DNA of 64,000 nucleotides from Sphingomonadaceae bacterium (GTDB lineage: Bacteria; Chloroflexota; UBA6077). Shown here piece after piece: positions 8,070 through 17,911 of the stretch. The stretch covers positions 15,115 to 79,114 of the forward strand of contig JBLNDL010000025.1 of assembly GCA_050261575.1 (NCBI GenBank), given 5' to 3'. The first letter of the stretch is position 1; every line of letters starts with the position of its first letter. Under the pieces are notes generated by a model, which had not been told where the DNA came from, did no database searches, and saw only the letters and a program-made list of their open reading frames with translations. The position numbers and the translations under genes were made by a program.

Positions 8070-9191
8070 CTATCCGGCCAGAAGTGCCAGCACTGCGCCG
8101 CCCGCCATCACGGAGCCGATCTGGCCCGCCGTGTTGGAGCCCATCGCGTGCATGATCAAGAAGTTGTTGGGGTTCGCCTCCAAGCCGACCCGGTTCACCA
8201 CTCGAGCTGACATGGGGAAGGCGGAGATGCCGGAGGCGCCTATCAGCGGGTTCACCTTCCCGCGGGTAATCACGCTCAGCGCCTTCCCGAAGGAGAGGCC
8301 GGCCACCGTGTCGAGCATGAACGCCACCAGACCCATTCCGATGATCAGCAGGGTCTGCGTCGTTAGGAACTTCTCCGCCACCATGGTCGAGCCGATGGTG
8401 ATGCCCAGGAAGATGGTCACGATGTTGATCAGCTCGTTCTGGGCAGCGTTGGAGAGTCGCTCCACCACGCCGGCCTCTCGCAGCAGGTTCCCGAACATCA
8501 GCATGCCGATCAAGGGCGCGGACATGGGGGCGATCAGGCCGCACACGAGCGTCGTGACGATGGGGAAGAGGATCTTCGTCTGCTTGGAGACGGGCTTGCT
8601 GGTGTACGCCATGGGGATCGCCCGCTCCGACTCCGTCGTCAGCGCCCGCATGATGGGTGGCTGGATGATCGGCACCAGCGACATGTAGGAGTATGCCGCC
8701 ACCGCGATCGGAGCCAGCAGATGAGGCGCCAGGACCGAGGCCACGTAGATGGAGGTGGGGCCATCGGCGGATCCGATGATCCCGATGGAAGCAGCTTCGT
8801 TGATCTTGAAGCCCAGCAGGGTCGCCACCAAGAGGGTGCCGAAGATCCCGAACTGAGCCGCCGCCCCCAGGATAACCGTGTAGGGCCGTTCCAGCAGCGG
8901 GCCGAAGTCGGTCATCGCGCCGACGCCGATAAAGATAAGCAGAGGGAACAGCTCGTTCTTGATGCCAGCGTCGTAGAGCACGGTAAACAGCCCACCTGGC
9001 GCATTCAACTCCGTCGCCGGGATGTTCGCCAGGATAGCCCCCGCCCCGATGGGCAGCAGCAACACCGGCTCGTACTCCTTGGCTATGGCCAGGTAGATCA
9101 GGATCCCGCCCACCCCAATCATGACCAGGTGGCCCCACTGGAGATGGAGTAATCCCTCTACCAGCTTCACAGTCACGCCCGAGTCAATCAT
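8070..9191 (-). CDS. oadB: Na+-translocating decarboxylase beta subunit (OadB/GcdB/MmdB family)
   Basis: 373-aa polytopic membrane protein. GVGAMTDFGPLL, IGIIGSADGPTSIY, AAYSYMSLVPIIQPP are typical of the family. Confidence 0.85.
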   Translation of the reverse strand: MIDSGVTVKLVEGLLHLQWGHLVMIGVGGILIYLAIAKEYEPVLLLPIGAGAILANIPATELNAPGGLFTVLYDAGIKNELFPLLIFIGVGAMTDFGPLLERPYTVILGAAAQFGIFGTLLVATLLGFKINEAASIGIIGSADGPTSIYVASVLAPHLLAPIAVAAYSYMSLVPIIQPPIMRALTTESERAIPMAYTSKPVSKQTKILFPIVTTLVCGLIAPMSAPLIGMLMFGNLLREAGVVERLSNAAQNELINIVTIFLGITIGSTMVAEKFLTTQTLLIIGMGLVAFMLDTVAGLSFGKALSVITRGKVNPLIGASGISAFPMSARVVNRVGLEANPNNFLIMHAMGSNTAGQIGSVMAGGAVLALLAG

Positions 9192-9232
9192 CGTTGATCA
9201 CCTTCCAGCGCACTAAGCGGCAAGCCGCCTGG

Positions 9233-10363
9233 CTACTCCATCACGAACAGCGGGGCGCCAAACCCGACGGTCTGGCCCGGGGAAACCAGCACTTCCCTGA
9301 TGGTGCCGGCGCGCTGGGCCTTGATGCTGTTCCCCATCTTCATGGCCTCGATCACACACAACTCGTCGCCCTTGTTCACCGACTGTCCCACCTGCACGGC
9401 GACCGACAGGACCTTGCCAGGCAGTGGGGCGGTGATTCGTTCCGCACCCGAGGACGACGCGGGAGCTGCCGCGGCGGGGGAGGGTGCCGGAGCGGCGGCA
9501 GGTGCGGGTGTGGGAGCAGGTGCGGATGCCGGAGCAGGCGCTGCCTGGACGGGCACCACCTCCTCGACCTCTGCCTCCTCCACAGCACCCACAGCGAGGA
9601 CGACGAGAGCATCGCCGAAGCCGACGGTTTGGCCGGCGGAGACCAGCACTTCCTTGACGGTGCCGCCTCGCTGGGCCTTGATGCTGTTCCCCATCTTCAT
9701 GGCCTCGATCACACAGACCTCGTCGCCGGCATTGACGGTATCGCCCACCTGGACGGCCACCGACAGGATCTTGCCGGGCAGGGGTGCGGTGACCTGCTCG
9801 ACGCCGCCGGAGACCACCTTCTTCCGCTTCACCACCTTCGTCGCGGCAGCAGGGGCGGGAGCGGGGGCGACCTGTGCCTCGCGCGAGATCTGGATCGTCT
9901 GAGCCACTCCGTCGATCACCACGGAGGCCGTCTTGTCGGTGACTTCCTTGACCTCCAGGGTATGGGCCTTACCATTCACCGTGACGGTCTTCGCGTCGGC
10001 CTTGTTCCGCTCGATCCGGTAGCTCGTCCCGTCGATCGTCACGGTGACCGCCGACTCGGTGACGTCCTTCAGTTCCGCCCTGTACTGCTTTCCGCCAAAG
10101 CCCATCAACACGACCGTGGGCGCTGGCTGAGCCGCAGAGGCGGGCGCGGGGGCCGCCGCAACCGGGGCGGCGGGCGCAGCGCTAGCGGCTGCGGGACTGG
10201 GGGCCTCTCTCACCGCGTTGTTCGGGGCCTCCAGGAACCCCTTGCCGGTCGCCAGCGAGAATACCTTTCCCAGCACCATGATAGAGAACATGAGGACCAG
10301 TAACGCCAGGAAGACGATGCCCAGGCCGTAGATGGTGACGGTTAGGGCTTGCATGAAGTCCAA
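9233..10363 (-). CDS. OadG-like membrane anchor fused to two biotinyl-carrier domains
   Basis: N-terminal MDFMQALTVTIYGLGIVFLALLVLMFSIMVLGKVF (gamma-subunit-like TM). Two copies of ITAPLPGK.LSVAVQVG...CVIEAMKMGNSIKAQ separated by Ala/Pro linkers. Confidence 0.8.
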   Translation of the reverse strand: MDFMQALTVTIYGLGIVFLALLVLMFSIMVLGKVFSLATGKGFLEAPNNAVREAPSPAAASAAPAAPVAAAPAPASAAQPAPTVVLMGFGGKQYRAELKDVTESAVTVTIDGTSYRIERNKADAKTVTVNGKAHTLEVKEVTDKTASVVIDGVAQTIQISREAQVAPAPAPAAATKVVKRKKVVSGGVEQVTAPLPGKILSVAVQVGDTVNAGDEVCVIEAMKMGNSIKAQRGGTVKEVLVSAGQTVGFGDALVVLAVGAVEEAEVEEVVPVQAAPAPASAPAPTPAPAAAPAPSPAAAAPASSSGAERITAPLPGKVLSVAVQVGQSVNKGDELCVIEAMKMGNSIKAQRAGTIREVLVSPGQTVGFGAPLFVME

Positions 10364-10477
10364 CTTTGTCCCTCCGCGTTGGAAAGGTCGATTGCAGCAC
10401 CGACCTTCTCAAGGATTTCGACAGCCGGCGGGCGGCGCCGCCCGCCGGCTAGCACAGGCACCCAACTGCGGCGATCG

Positions 10478-11887
10478 CTACAGCCTCGTTCCGACCACCG
10501 CCGCAATTGCCGCCAACTGGTCCGCTGTCAGCCCCTCGTCCTTCTTCCCGCGCTTGGCCAGGAACTCCTTGGCCACCTGAGGGAAGAGCACGTAGGAGAT
10601 CACATCCTCCTCGCTCTTCGCGAGGTCTCCGACCTCTGCCTTGGCCTTCTCGAACTCCGGCTCCAGGAGGTCCGCCGGCCGGCAGTCGATGGCCTCCTCA
10701 TCTCCCAGGACTAGCTTCTTCACCTCGGGATCTATGGGGGCAGGGGTCTTGCCGTACATCCCCTTGACGACGTTCTTGACCTCTTTCGGCACCATCTTGT
10801 ACCGCTCGCCCAGTAGCACGTTCAAGACGGCCTGCGTACCCACGATCTGGCTGGAGGGAGTGACCAGCGGAGGATAACCCAACTCCGCCCGCACCCTCGG
10901 GACCTCTTTCAGCACCTCGGGGAGCCTCTCCTCCTGGCCCTGATCCCGCAACTGGTTCACGAGGTTCGAAATCATCCCGCCAGGGATCTGGAACTGCAGC
11001 ACGTCGGTATCGACGCCGAAGGACCCCATCTCCAGGTGAGCGTAGTTCTTTCGAACCTTGGCGAAGTACTTGCCGATCGCGGAGAGCTTCGCGAGGTCCA
11101 GCCCCGTCGCCCTGTCGGTGCAGGCGAGAGCGGCAACGATGGTCTCGGTGGGCGGCTGCGACGTGCCCAGCGACATGCTCGAGATGGCGCAGTCGACCAC
11201 GTCGATCCCCGCCTCCGCCGCCTTGAAGTAGGCCATCGAGGCCATGCCGCTGGTGTAGTGGCAATGGAGGGAGATCGGGACGTCGGTCTCGGCCTTCAGC
11301 CGCGACACCAGCTCGTAGGCGTCGCAAGGCGAGATGAGCCCCGCCATGTCCTTGATGCAGATGGAGTCGGCGCCGATCTGCAGCAGCTCCTTCGCCATCT
11401 GAACGAAGCCCTCGTTGCTGTGGACAGGGCTGAGAGTGTAGCAGACGGTCGCCTGGACGTGGCCACCGTACTTCTTGACCGCCCTCATGGCGGTCTCCAT
11501 GTTACGGATGTCGTTCAGCGCGTCGAAGATGCGGAAGATGTCCATTCCGTTGTCCACCGCCCTGGCCACGAACCGCTCCACGATGTCGTCGGCGTAGTGG
11601 CGGTAGCCCACGATGTTCTGGCCCCGAAGCAGCATCTGCAGCCGGGTCTTGGGCATGCGCTTCCGAATGATCCTGAGCCGCTCCCACGGGTCCTCGTTGA
11701 GAAACCGCATGCAGGAGTCGAAGGTTGCTCCACCCCAGACCTCAAGGGACCAGTAGCCAACCTCATCCAGCATCTCCATGGCGGGGATCATGTCGTCGAG
11801 GCGCATGCGTGTGGCCAGGAGTGACTGGTGACTGTCTCGAAGTACGGTGTCGGTGATACCGAGGGGCTTGGTCTGAACCTGAGCCAT
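10478..11887 (-). CDS. oadA: oxaloacetate decarboxylase alpha-type carboxyltransferase subunit (no C-terminal biotinyl domain)
   Basis: ITDTVLRDSHQSLLATRMR, EVWGGATFD, ICIKDMAGL, LHCHYTSGMA. Start at ATG 11887 (MAQVQ), preceded by GGAGGGAGGAC. The ORF is open to 11914. Confidence 0.85.
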   Translation of the reverse strand: MAQVQTKPLGITDTVLRDSHQSLLATRMRLDDMIPAMEMLDEVGYWSLEVWGGATFDSCMRFLNEDPWERLRIIRKRMPKTRLQMLLRGQNIVGYRHYADDIVERFVARAVDNGMDIFRIFDALNDIRNMETAMRAVKKYGGHVQATVCYTLSPVHSNEGFVQMAKELLQIGADSICIKDMAGLISPCDAYELVSRLKAETDVPISLHCHYTSGMASMAYFKAAEAGIDVVDCAISSMSLGTSQPPTETIVAALACTDRATGLDLAKLSAIGKYFAKVRKNYAHLEMGSFGVDTDVLQFQIPGGMISNLVNQLRDQGQEERLPEVLKEVPRVRAELGYPPLVTPSSQIVGTQAVLNVLLGERYKMVPKEVKNVVKGMYGKTPAPIDPEVKKLVLGDEEAIDCRPADLLEPEFEKAKAEVGDLAKSEEDVISYVLFPQVAKEFLAKRGKKDEGLTADQLAAIAAVVGTRL

Positions 11888-11971
11888 GTCCTCCCTCCGT
11901 CTAAGCAGCGGCATCGTAGCCGCTGGCAGCCATGGAATGTGGGGACTTTACTCCGCCGGCCCAGCCTCTGG

Positions 11972-12037
11972 CCAGGTATCTCTAGATAGAGCACACGTTG
12001 CCCGCTAAAGCAGCCGACATGAACTAGAGACACCTGC
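11972..12037. repeat. 66-nt inverted-repeat element, copy B (arms CCAGGTATCTCTAG / CTAGAGACACCTGC, 38-nt spacer)
   Basis: Gap-free alignment with copy A, including the shared internal GACATGAA. Lies between the radA stop and the oadA start. Confidence 0.7.
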
Positions 12038-12186
12038 TTAGTGCCGGCATCCATTCAGCTCGGTCCGCGCCGAAGCGAACGAACGGGAGACCATGCAGGT
12101 GGTGATCCGCCTACAACGCGGTCTTCGGCTCGGCGCTGAGCTTGGGTCAAAGTGTAGATCATGGCTAAGCACTAGTCAACTCGAGC

Positions 12187-13542
12187 TCAGCCCAGGGATA
12201 GCGCGATCGCCTCCTCCAGACTCCGAGCAACCAGTAGCTGCAGTTCGGGAACACGCGGTAGCCGCACTGCCTGGGGCACCAGGCAGCGCTTGAAACCGAG
12301 CTTCGCAGCCTCGCGCAGCCGCTGTTCCAGGTGGCCAACCCCGCGCAACTCGCCCGACAGTCCAACCTCTCCCACAACCGCCAGCTCGGGGTCGATGGGG
12401 CTGTCCTTCAAGCTGGACACGATGGCGAGGGCCACTCCCAGGTCGGCCGCCGGCTCGTCGATCCTCAACCCGCCGACGACGTTCACGTACACGTCCTGGT
12501 CGTACAGCTTCAGGCCAAGCCTCTTGCTCAGCACGGCGGTCAACAGGAGGACCCTGCTCAACTCGATGCCGTTGGCGTTCCGCCTGGGCATGTGGGAGGG
12601 TGAGTAGCTGGTCAGCGCCTGAATCTCCGCCAGCAGCGCCCGGCTGCCCTCGACGGTGACCACCACCGTCGAACCGCTGCGCATGAGGGTGCGGTCCGCA
12701 AGGAAGGCAACCGATGGGTTCGGGACCTCCAGCATTCCCTCCTCGTGCATCTCGAAGACGCCCACTTCGTGGGTCGACCCGAACCGGTTCTTCACGCTCC
12801 TCAGCAGGCGGTACGCGTGGAAACGCTCGCCTTCCAGGTAGAGTACAGCGTCCACCATGTGCTCCAGCAGCTTCGGCCCGGCGATTGCGCCTTCCTTGGT
12901 GACGTGCCCCACCAGGAACACCGGTATCCCGCTTCCCTTGGCCAGCATCAGGAGCCGTGCGGTGCACTCGCGCAACTGGTTCACGCTTCCCGCGGTGGAG
13001 GGCAGATCCTCGACGAAGACGCTCTGGATGGAGTCGATGACGACCAGGCCGGGTGAGAGTCGGCCGACGTGTTCAATGATCCGATCCAGATTGCACTCGG
13101 AGAGCAAGTAGAGCCCCTCGCTCTTCAGCCCCAGCCGCTCTGCCCTCATCTTGACCTGCTGAACCGATTCCTCACCCGATACGTACAGCGCGGTGCCCAA
13201 CTGGTCCGCCATGGCGGAGGAGAGCTGCAGCAGGAGGGTCGACTTGCCGATGCCGGGGTCACCTCCCACTAGCACCAGCGATCCGGGAACGATGCCCCCG
13301 CCCAGTACCCGATCCAACTCCCCTGTCGGCACCCGCACCCGGTCCAATCCGACCGAAGGCACCTCACTCAGTCGGGTGGGGGCGCCACCGCCCCCCGCGC
13401 GGACGATGGACCTGGTAGTGGCGGGCGATTCCGTCATCTCCACCAGGGTATTCCACTCACCGCACTCCGGGCAGCGCCCCATCCACTTGAGGCTCTCGGC
13501 GCCGCAGCGATCGCAGACGTACTTGGTTCGGTTCTTGGGCAT
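12187..13542 (-). CDS. radA: DNA repair protein RadA/Sms
   Basis: N-terminal zinc ribbon CDRCGAESLKWMGRCPECGEWNT, Walker A GGDPGIGKSTLLLQ, KNRFG motif, Lon-like C-terminus. Confidence 0.92.
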   Translation of the reverse strand: MPKNRTKYVCDRCGAESLKWMGRCPECGEWNTLVEMTESPATTRSIVRAGGGGAPTRLSEVPSVGLDRVRVPTGELDRVLGGGIVPGSLVLVGGDPGIGKSTLLLQLSSAMADQLGTALYVSGEESVQQVKMRAERLGLKSEGLYLLSECNLDRIIEHVGRLSPGLVVIDSIQSVFVEDLPSTAGSVNQLRECTARLLMLAKGSGIPVFLVGHVTKEGAIAGPKLLEHMVDAVLYLEGERFHAYRLLRSVKNRFGSTHEVGVFEMHEEGMLEVPNPSVAFLADRTLMRSGSTVVVTVEGSRALLAEIQALTSYSPSHMPRRNANGIELSRVLLLTAVLSKRLGLKLYDQDVYVNVVGGLRIDEPAADLGVALAIVSSLKDSPIDPELAVVGEVGLSGELRGVGHLEQRLREAAKLGFKRCLVPQAVRLPRVPELQLLVARSLEEAIALSLG

Positions 13543-13586
13543 GAAGCAACCCCGGAAGACGAACTATCGAGGGAAAGAAAACCAGA

Positions 13587-13610
13587 GGGGCGGGTCTTGC
13601 GACCCGCCCC
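13587..13610 (-). terminator. intrinsic terminator after clpC
   Basis: GGGGCGGGTC-TTGC-GACCCGCCCC starts 5 nt after the clpC stop. On the minus strand it is followed by TCTGGTTTTCTTTCC. Confidence 0.7.
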
Positions 13611-13614
13611 CCGC

Positions 13615-16083
13615 CTATGCCTGAGTCTCGACCAGTTCCTTCGACTTGGTCTCGTACACAAGCTCGCCATCGCGGCAATCTACCACCACGGTCGTCCCAC
13701 GCTGGAACTCGCCGTTCAGCAGCCCTTCGGCCAGCCGGTCCTCCACCAGGTTCTGTATGGTCCGCCGCAGCGGCCGGGCACCGAACTTCGGGTCGAACCC
13801 CTTCTCCACCATGTAGTCCTTGGCGGCGTCGGTGACCTCCAACTCGATCTGCTGCTCGGTGAGAGCGCCACGCACCCGACCCAGCATCAGATCGACGATC
13901 CTCCGGATCTCCATCAGAGTCAGGGCACGGAACACCACAGTGGCGTCGATACGGTTCAGGAACTCCGGCCGGAAGAGGTTCTTCATCTCCCCCAGCACCT
14001 TGTCCTTCATCCGCTCGTAAGCCTGCTCGGCACTCTTGATCTCGTCCTGGGTGACCGCGAAGCCCAGCACCGCATCCCGCCGCAGCAGGTCGGCACCAAC
14101 GTTCGAGGTCATGATCAGGATCGTGTTGCGGAAGTCCACCTTCCGGCCCTTTGCATCCGTCAGGTGGCCGTCGTCCATGATCTGGAGCAGGATGTTGAAC
14201 ACCTCGGGGTGGGCCTTTTCGATCTCGTCCAGCAACACCACGGAGTAGGGCTTCCGCCGAACCGCCTCGGTAAGCTGTCCGCCCTCCTCGTAGCCGATGT
14301 ATCCAGGAGGTGCGCCCACCAGTCGGGCCACGGAGTGCCTCTCCATGAACTCCGACATGTCGATGCGGATCATGGCGTCCTCGCTGCCGAACATGAACTC
14401 CGCCAGAGCCCGCACCAACTCGGTCTTGCCCACGCCCGTGGGGCCCAAGAAGATGAAGGAGCCGATCGGCCGCTTGGGATCCTTCAGACCGGCCCTCGCA
14501 CGACGCACCGCCTTTGAGACGACGGAGATCGGCTCGTCCTGGCCGATGATCCTCTTGTGCAGCTCCTCCTCCATCCGCAGCAGTCGGGACGTCTCCTCCT
14601 CGGCGATACGCATCACCGGGATGCCGGTCCACATGGAGACCACCTCGGCGATGTCCTCCACGCCGACCACCGGCTTCTCGGCGGCCTGCTGCTCGTGCCA
14701 GCCCGACTCCATGTTGTCGATCTTGGCCCTGAGCTTCGCCTCCCGATCCCGCAGTTCGGCAGCCAGCTCGTACTGCTGGGCGTTGATGGCAGACTCCTTC
14801 TCGGTCTGGATCGTCTCCAGGGTCCGGATCGCCTCCTTCAGGCTGGGAGGCGAGACCGCCCTTCGCAGACGCACGCGGGAGGAGGCCTCGTCCACCAGGT
14901 CGATGGCCTTGTCGGGCAGGAAGCGATCCGTGATGAACCGGCTGGCCAGCTCGGCCGCCGCCTGCAGGGCCTCGTCGGAGATGATCAGCTTGTGATGCTG
15001 CTCGTACCGCTCCTTGATGCCGCGCAGGATCTCCACGGTCTCTTCGACCGTCGGCTCCTCCACGATGACCGGCTGGAAACGCCGCTCGAGAGCAGCATCC
15101 CGCTCGATGTACTTCCTGTACTCGTCCAGGGTGGTCGCGCCGATGGTCTGCAACTCACCCCGAGAGAGGGAGGGCTTCAGGATGTTGGCGGCGTCCACGG
15201 CGCCCTCGGCGGCTCCCGCACCCACCAGAGTGTGGAGCTCGTCGATGAAGAGCACGGAGTTGCCGCTGCCCTTGACCTCTTCGATGATCTTCTTCAGCCG
15301 CTCCTCAAACTCGCCCCGGTACTTCGTGCCAGCGACCAGGGACCCGATGTCCAGAGTGAGCAGCCGCTTGCCCAGAAGGGTCTCCGGCACGTCGCCCGAA
15401 GCGATACGCTGGGCCAGACCCTCCACGATCGCTGTCTTGCCCACACCCGGCTCGCCGATCAAGGCAGGGTTGTTCTTGGTGCGACGGGAGAGTATCTGTA
15501 TCACCCGCTCGATCTCCCGCGCTCGGCCGATGACGGGATCGAGCTTGCCGGCCCTGGCAGCCGCCGTGAGGTCCATGCCCATCTGGTCGATGACCGGAGT
15601 ACGGCTCGTCTGCTTGGACTCTTGCTGGGAGTAGGGCTGGCTCTGGTTCAGGACGTGGATGATCTGATTGCGCACCTTGTCGAGGCTCACACCCAGGCTC
15701 TCCAGCACGCCCGCGGCGATGCCCTCGCCCTCGCGGACCAGACCGAGAAGCAGGTGCTCGGTGCCGATGTAGTGGTGGTTGAGGCGGCGAGCCTCGTCCA
15801 CGGCCAACTCGATCACCTTCTTGGCTCTGGGCGTGAGGCCAATATCCCCGGTTACCGTCCGGTCACCCCTCCCGATGATGAACTCGACGGCACTCCGTAC
15901 CTTGTTGAGTTCCACACCCAGATTCGCCAGCACCTTGGCCGCTACACCGTCTCCCTCGCGGACCAGGCCGAGGAGCAGGTGCTCGGTGCCGATGTAGTTA
16001 TGGTTAAAGCGCTGGGCCTCCTCCTGCGCCAGGGTGAGGACCTTCCGCGCCCGTTCAGTGAACTTGTCGAATCGATCGCTCAT
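13615..16083 (-). CDS. clpC: ATP-dependent Clp protease ATP-binding subunit ClpC
   Basis: 822 aa. Duplicated Clp_N repeats ([15 protein letters not shown] x2), two AAA+ modules ([20 protein letters not shown]), UVR-like [11 protein letters not shown]. Confidence 0.92.
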   Translation of the reverse strand: MSDRFDKFTERARKVLTLAQEEAQRFNHNYIGTEHLLLGLVREGDGVAAKVLANLGVELNKVRSAVEFIIGRGDRTVTGDIGLTPRAKKVIELAVDEARRLNHHYIGTEHLLLGLVREGEGIAAGVLESLGVSLDKVRNQIIHVLNQSQPYSQQESKQTSRTPVIDQMGMDLTAAARAGKLDPVIGRAREIERVIQILSRRTKNNPALIGEPGVGKTAIVEGLAQRIASGDVPETLLGKRLLTLDIGSLVAGTKYRGEFEERLKKIIEEVKGSGNSVLFIDELHTLVGAGAAEGAVDAANILKPSLSRGELQTIGATTLDEYRKYIERDAALERRFQPVIVEEPTVEETVEILRGIKERYEQHHKLIISDEALQAAAELASRFITDRFLPDKAIDLVDEASSRVRLRRAVSPPSLKEAIRTLETIQTEKESAINAQQYELAAELRDREAKLRAKIDNMESGWHEQQAAEKPVVGVEDIAEVVSMWTGIPVMRIAEEETSRLLRMEEELHKRIIGQDEPISVVSKAVRRARAGLKDPKRPIGSFIFLGPTGVGKTELVRALAEFMFGSEDAMIRIDMSEFMERHSVARLVGAPPGYIGYEEGGQLTEAVRRKPYSVVLLDEIEKAHPEVFNILLQIMDDGHLTDAKGRKVDFRNTILIMTSNVGADLLRRDAVLGFAVTQDEIKSAEQAYERMKDKVLGEMKNLFRPEFLNRIDATVVFRALTLMEIRRIVDLMLGRVRGALTEQQIELEVTDAAKDYMVEKGFDPKFGARPLRRTIQNLVEDRLAEGLLNGEFQRGTTVVVDCRDGELVYETKSKELVETQA

Positions 16084-16107
16084 GCCAAAAACTCCAAGGG
16101 ATAAGTC

Positions 16108-17496
16108 CTACCCACCCAGCACCAAGGAAGCTGCGGCACCCGTGGAGTCGTCTTCCTCAGACTTTCCCTCCGCTTGGCCCGCGTCCGCGCAGTCTCCCTC
16201 GTCCTTCACTCGCCGGGAGCCAGGGTCCTGGGTACCCTCGCCCTCCTCACCGACGGTCCCTTCTTGCACTACGGTGGAGGGCACTTTGTGTGCCATCTCT
16301 CCGCCATCCGTCTGGGAAACGGCCGATTCGGCCCCCTCCTCGGCGACGGCCACCTCTTCCTTGGCCTGCCTCAGGCTCAGGCCAAGGCGGCGCCGGGCCG
16401 CGTCGATGCGGATTATCCGAAGCTGAACCTCGTCGCCCTCCTTGACCACACCCTTCGGATGGGCGATACGGTCGTCGCTCAGCTCGGAGATGTGGATCAG
16501 ACCCTCGACGCCCTCCTCGATTCGAGCGAAAGCGCCGAAGGACGCCAGCTTGGTGATCCTGGCGGAAACGATCTCACCCACATGGTAGCGCTCCGCTATC
16601 CCCTCCCAGGGCTCCGGCTGGAGTCGCTTCAGGCTTAGGGCGATCTTCTTGTTCTCTCGATCGACACCGACGACGACGGCATCGACCTCCTGGCCTACTT
16701 TCAGCACCTGCGACGGGTGTCCGACCTGGCCCCATGACAGCTCCGAGAGATGCACGAGGCCGTCGGCGCCGCCCAGGTCGATGAAAGCGCCAAAATCGCA
16801 AAGGCTGCTGACTCGACCGTGCCTGATCTCGCCTTCCTGCAATTCGGCCAGCAGCCTCTCCTTCTGAGCAGCGCGCCGCTCCTGTGCGGCTGCCCTCTCC
16901 GAGAGGATCAGGCGATTCCTGCGACGGTTGATCTCTATCACCTTCAGGAACATCCTCCGGCCCCTCATGGCCTTAAGACGCTCCTCGACGGATTCCTCTG
17001 TCCCTGCCACAGACCTCAGATCAACTATCTGCGAGAGCGGGACGAATCCGCGAACACCCTCGACGTTGGCGATGAGACCACCCTTGTTGTACTCGATGAT
17101 CTCCGCCTCGATGATCTGGCCCTCTTCGTACTGCTTCTGGGCAACCCGCCAACCCTTCTCCGCTTGAGCGCGGTTCAGGGACAACACCACGTGCCCGTCC
17201 TGGTTCTCAGGCTGCAGTACGTACACGAGGATGGCATCGCCCACGTGCAGGGTCTCCGTGGGGTTGCCATGGACGTCACGCATCTCGTGCGCCGGGATGA
17301 CACCCTCCGACTTGGAGCCGATGTCCACCAGCACCTCGTCCTTGTCGATGCGCACGACCACCCCTTCGATGATGTCGCCTCTCTTGAGGGTTCGGTAGCC
17401 GTGGCCGTGTGCCTCCAATAGGTCCTGCATGCCCTCGGATGCTTGCGCCTCCGGACTGCTGCTGACCATGTCCACCGACCGTACTTCTTGTTCCAT
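16108..17496 (-). CDS. rpsA: 30S ribosomal protein S1 (four S1 domains) with acidic C-terminal tail
   Basis: Repeated S1 OB-fold motifs (G.I..G.V......G..VD.G). 462-aa ORF. The exact start is uncertain. Confidence 0.85.
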   Translation of the reverse strand: MEQEVRSVDMVSSSPEAQASEGMQDLLEAHGHGYRTLKRGDIIEGVVVRIDKDEVLVDIGSKSEGVIPAHEMRDVHGNPTETLHVGDAILVYVLQPENQDGHVVLSLNRAQAEKGWRVAQKQYEEGQIIEAEIIEYNKGGLIANVEGVRGFVPLSQIVDLRSVAGTEESVEERLKAMRGRRMFLKVIEINRRRNRLILSERAAAQERRAAQKERLLAELQEGEIRHGRVSSLCDFGAFIDLGGADGLVHLSELSWGQVGHPSQVLKVGQEVDAVVVGVDRENKKIALSLKRLQPEPWEGIAERYHVGEIVSARITKLASFGAFARIEEGVEGLIHISELSDDRIAHPKGVVKEGDEVQLRIIRIDAARRRLGLSLRQAKEEVAVAEEGAESAVSQTDGGEMAHKVPSTVVQEGTVGEEGEGTQDPGSRRVKDEGDCADAGQAEGKSEEDDSTGAAASLVLGG

Positions 17497-17525
17497 CCTC
17501 CCCCCCCGCGGATAGTCGTGCCCAA

Positions 17526-17554
17526 ATTATACGGCAAGACCTATCAAAAATCAA
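17526..17554 (-). promoter_or_regulatory. sigma70-like promoter of rpsA
   Basis: Minus strand: -35 TTGATT, 17-nt spacer, -10 TATAAT, about 30 nt upstream of the rpsA ATG. Confidence 0.55.
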
Positions 17555-17911
17555 AATGCAGGCCCAAGATTCGACTCCCCGCTAAGCCCCGGCTAAGGAT
17601 TCCCATACGAAGGCCTCTGTTGCCCACCGTACCGCTGGGCACACCACGGGAGCCTCAACACCGCACTCCCTCGCATGGCATGCACTCGCCCGGGCAGAAG
17701 CACCCGTCCGCCCCCTCCTGCTTCGCCTCCACTGGAGCGAATAGGGCAGGGTGGTCAGCCACGTCACCCGGCCTTGGGCCATGCCGGGGGTGGCGACGTC
17801 CCCGCCCTACTCGGCAGGTTGGCTCCTCTGCACGAAGAGCGGTCCTCGTGGGCACGGGTTCGCACCATCGGCGGGCCGGACAGCGCCCTCCCGTGCATCC
17901 CGACTCCTACT

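Noticed and set aside
9400-9560. Short-period GC-rich repeats (GCGG/GGTG/GCAGG units) that might look like a tandem-repeat or CRISPR-like array.
   Set aside because: They lie in frame inside the biotin-carrier gene and encode Ala/Pro linker segments. No spacer-repeat periodicity is present. I saw no CRISPR array anywhere in the window.
17764-17897. 44-codon ORF behind an AGGAG motif just downstream of recR.
   Set aside because: The product (MHGRALSGPPMVRTRAHEDRSS...) is Arg/Pro/Ser-rich and not protein-like. The SD-like motif may be fortuitous.
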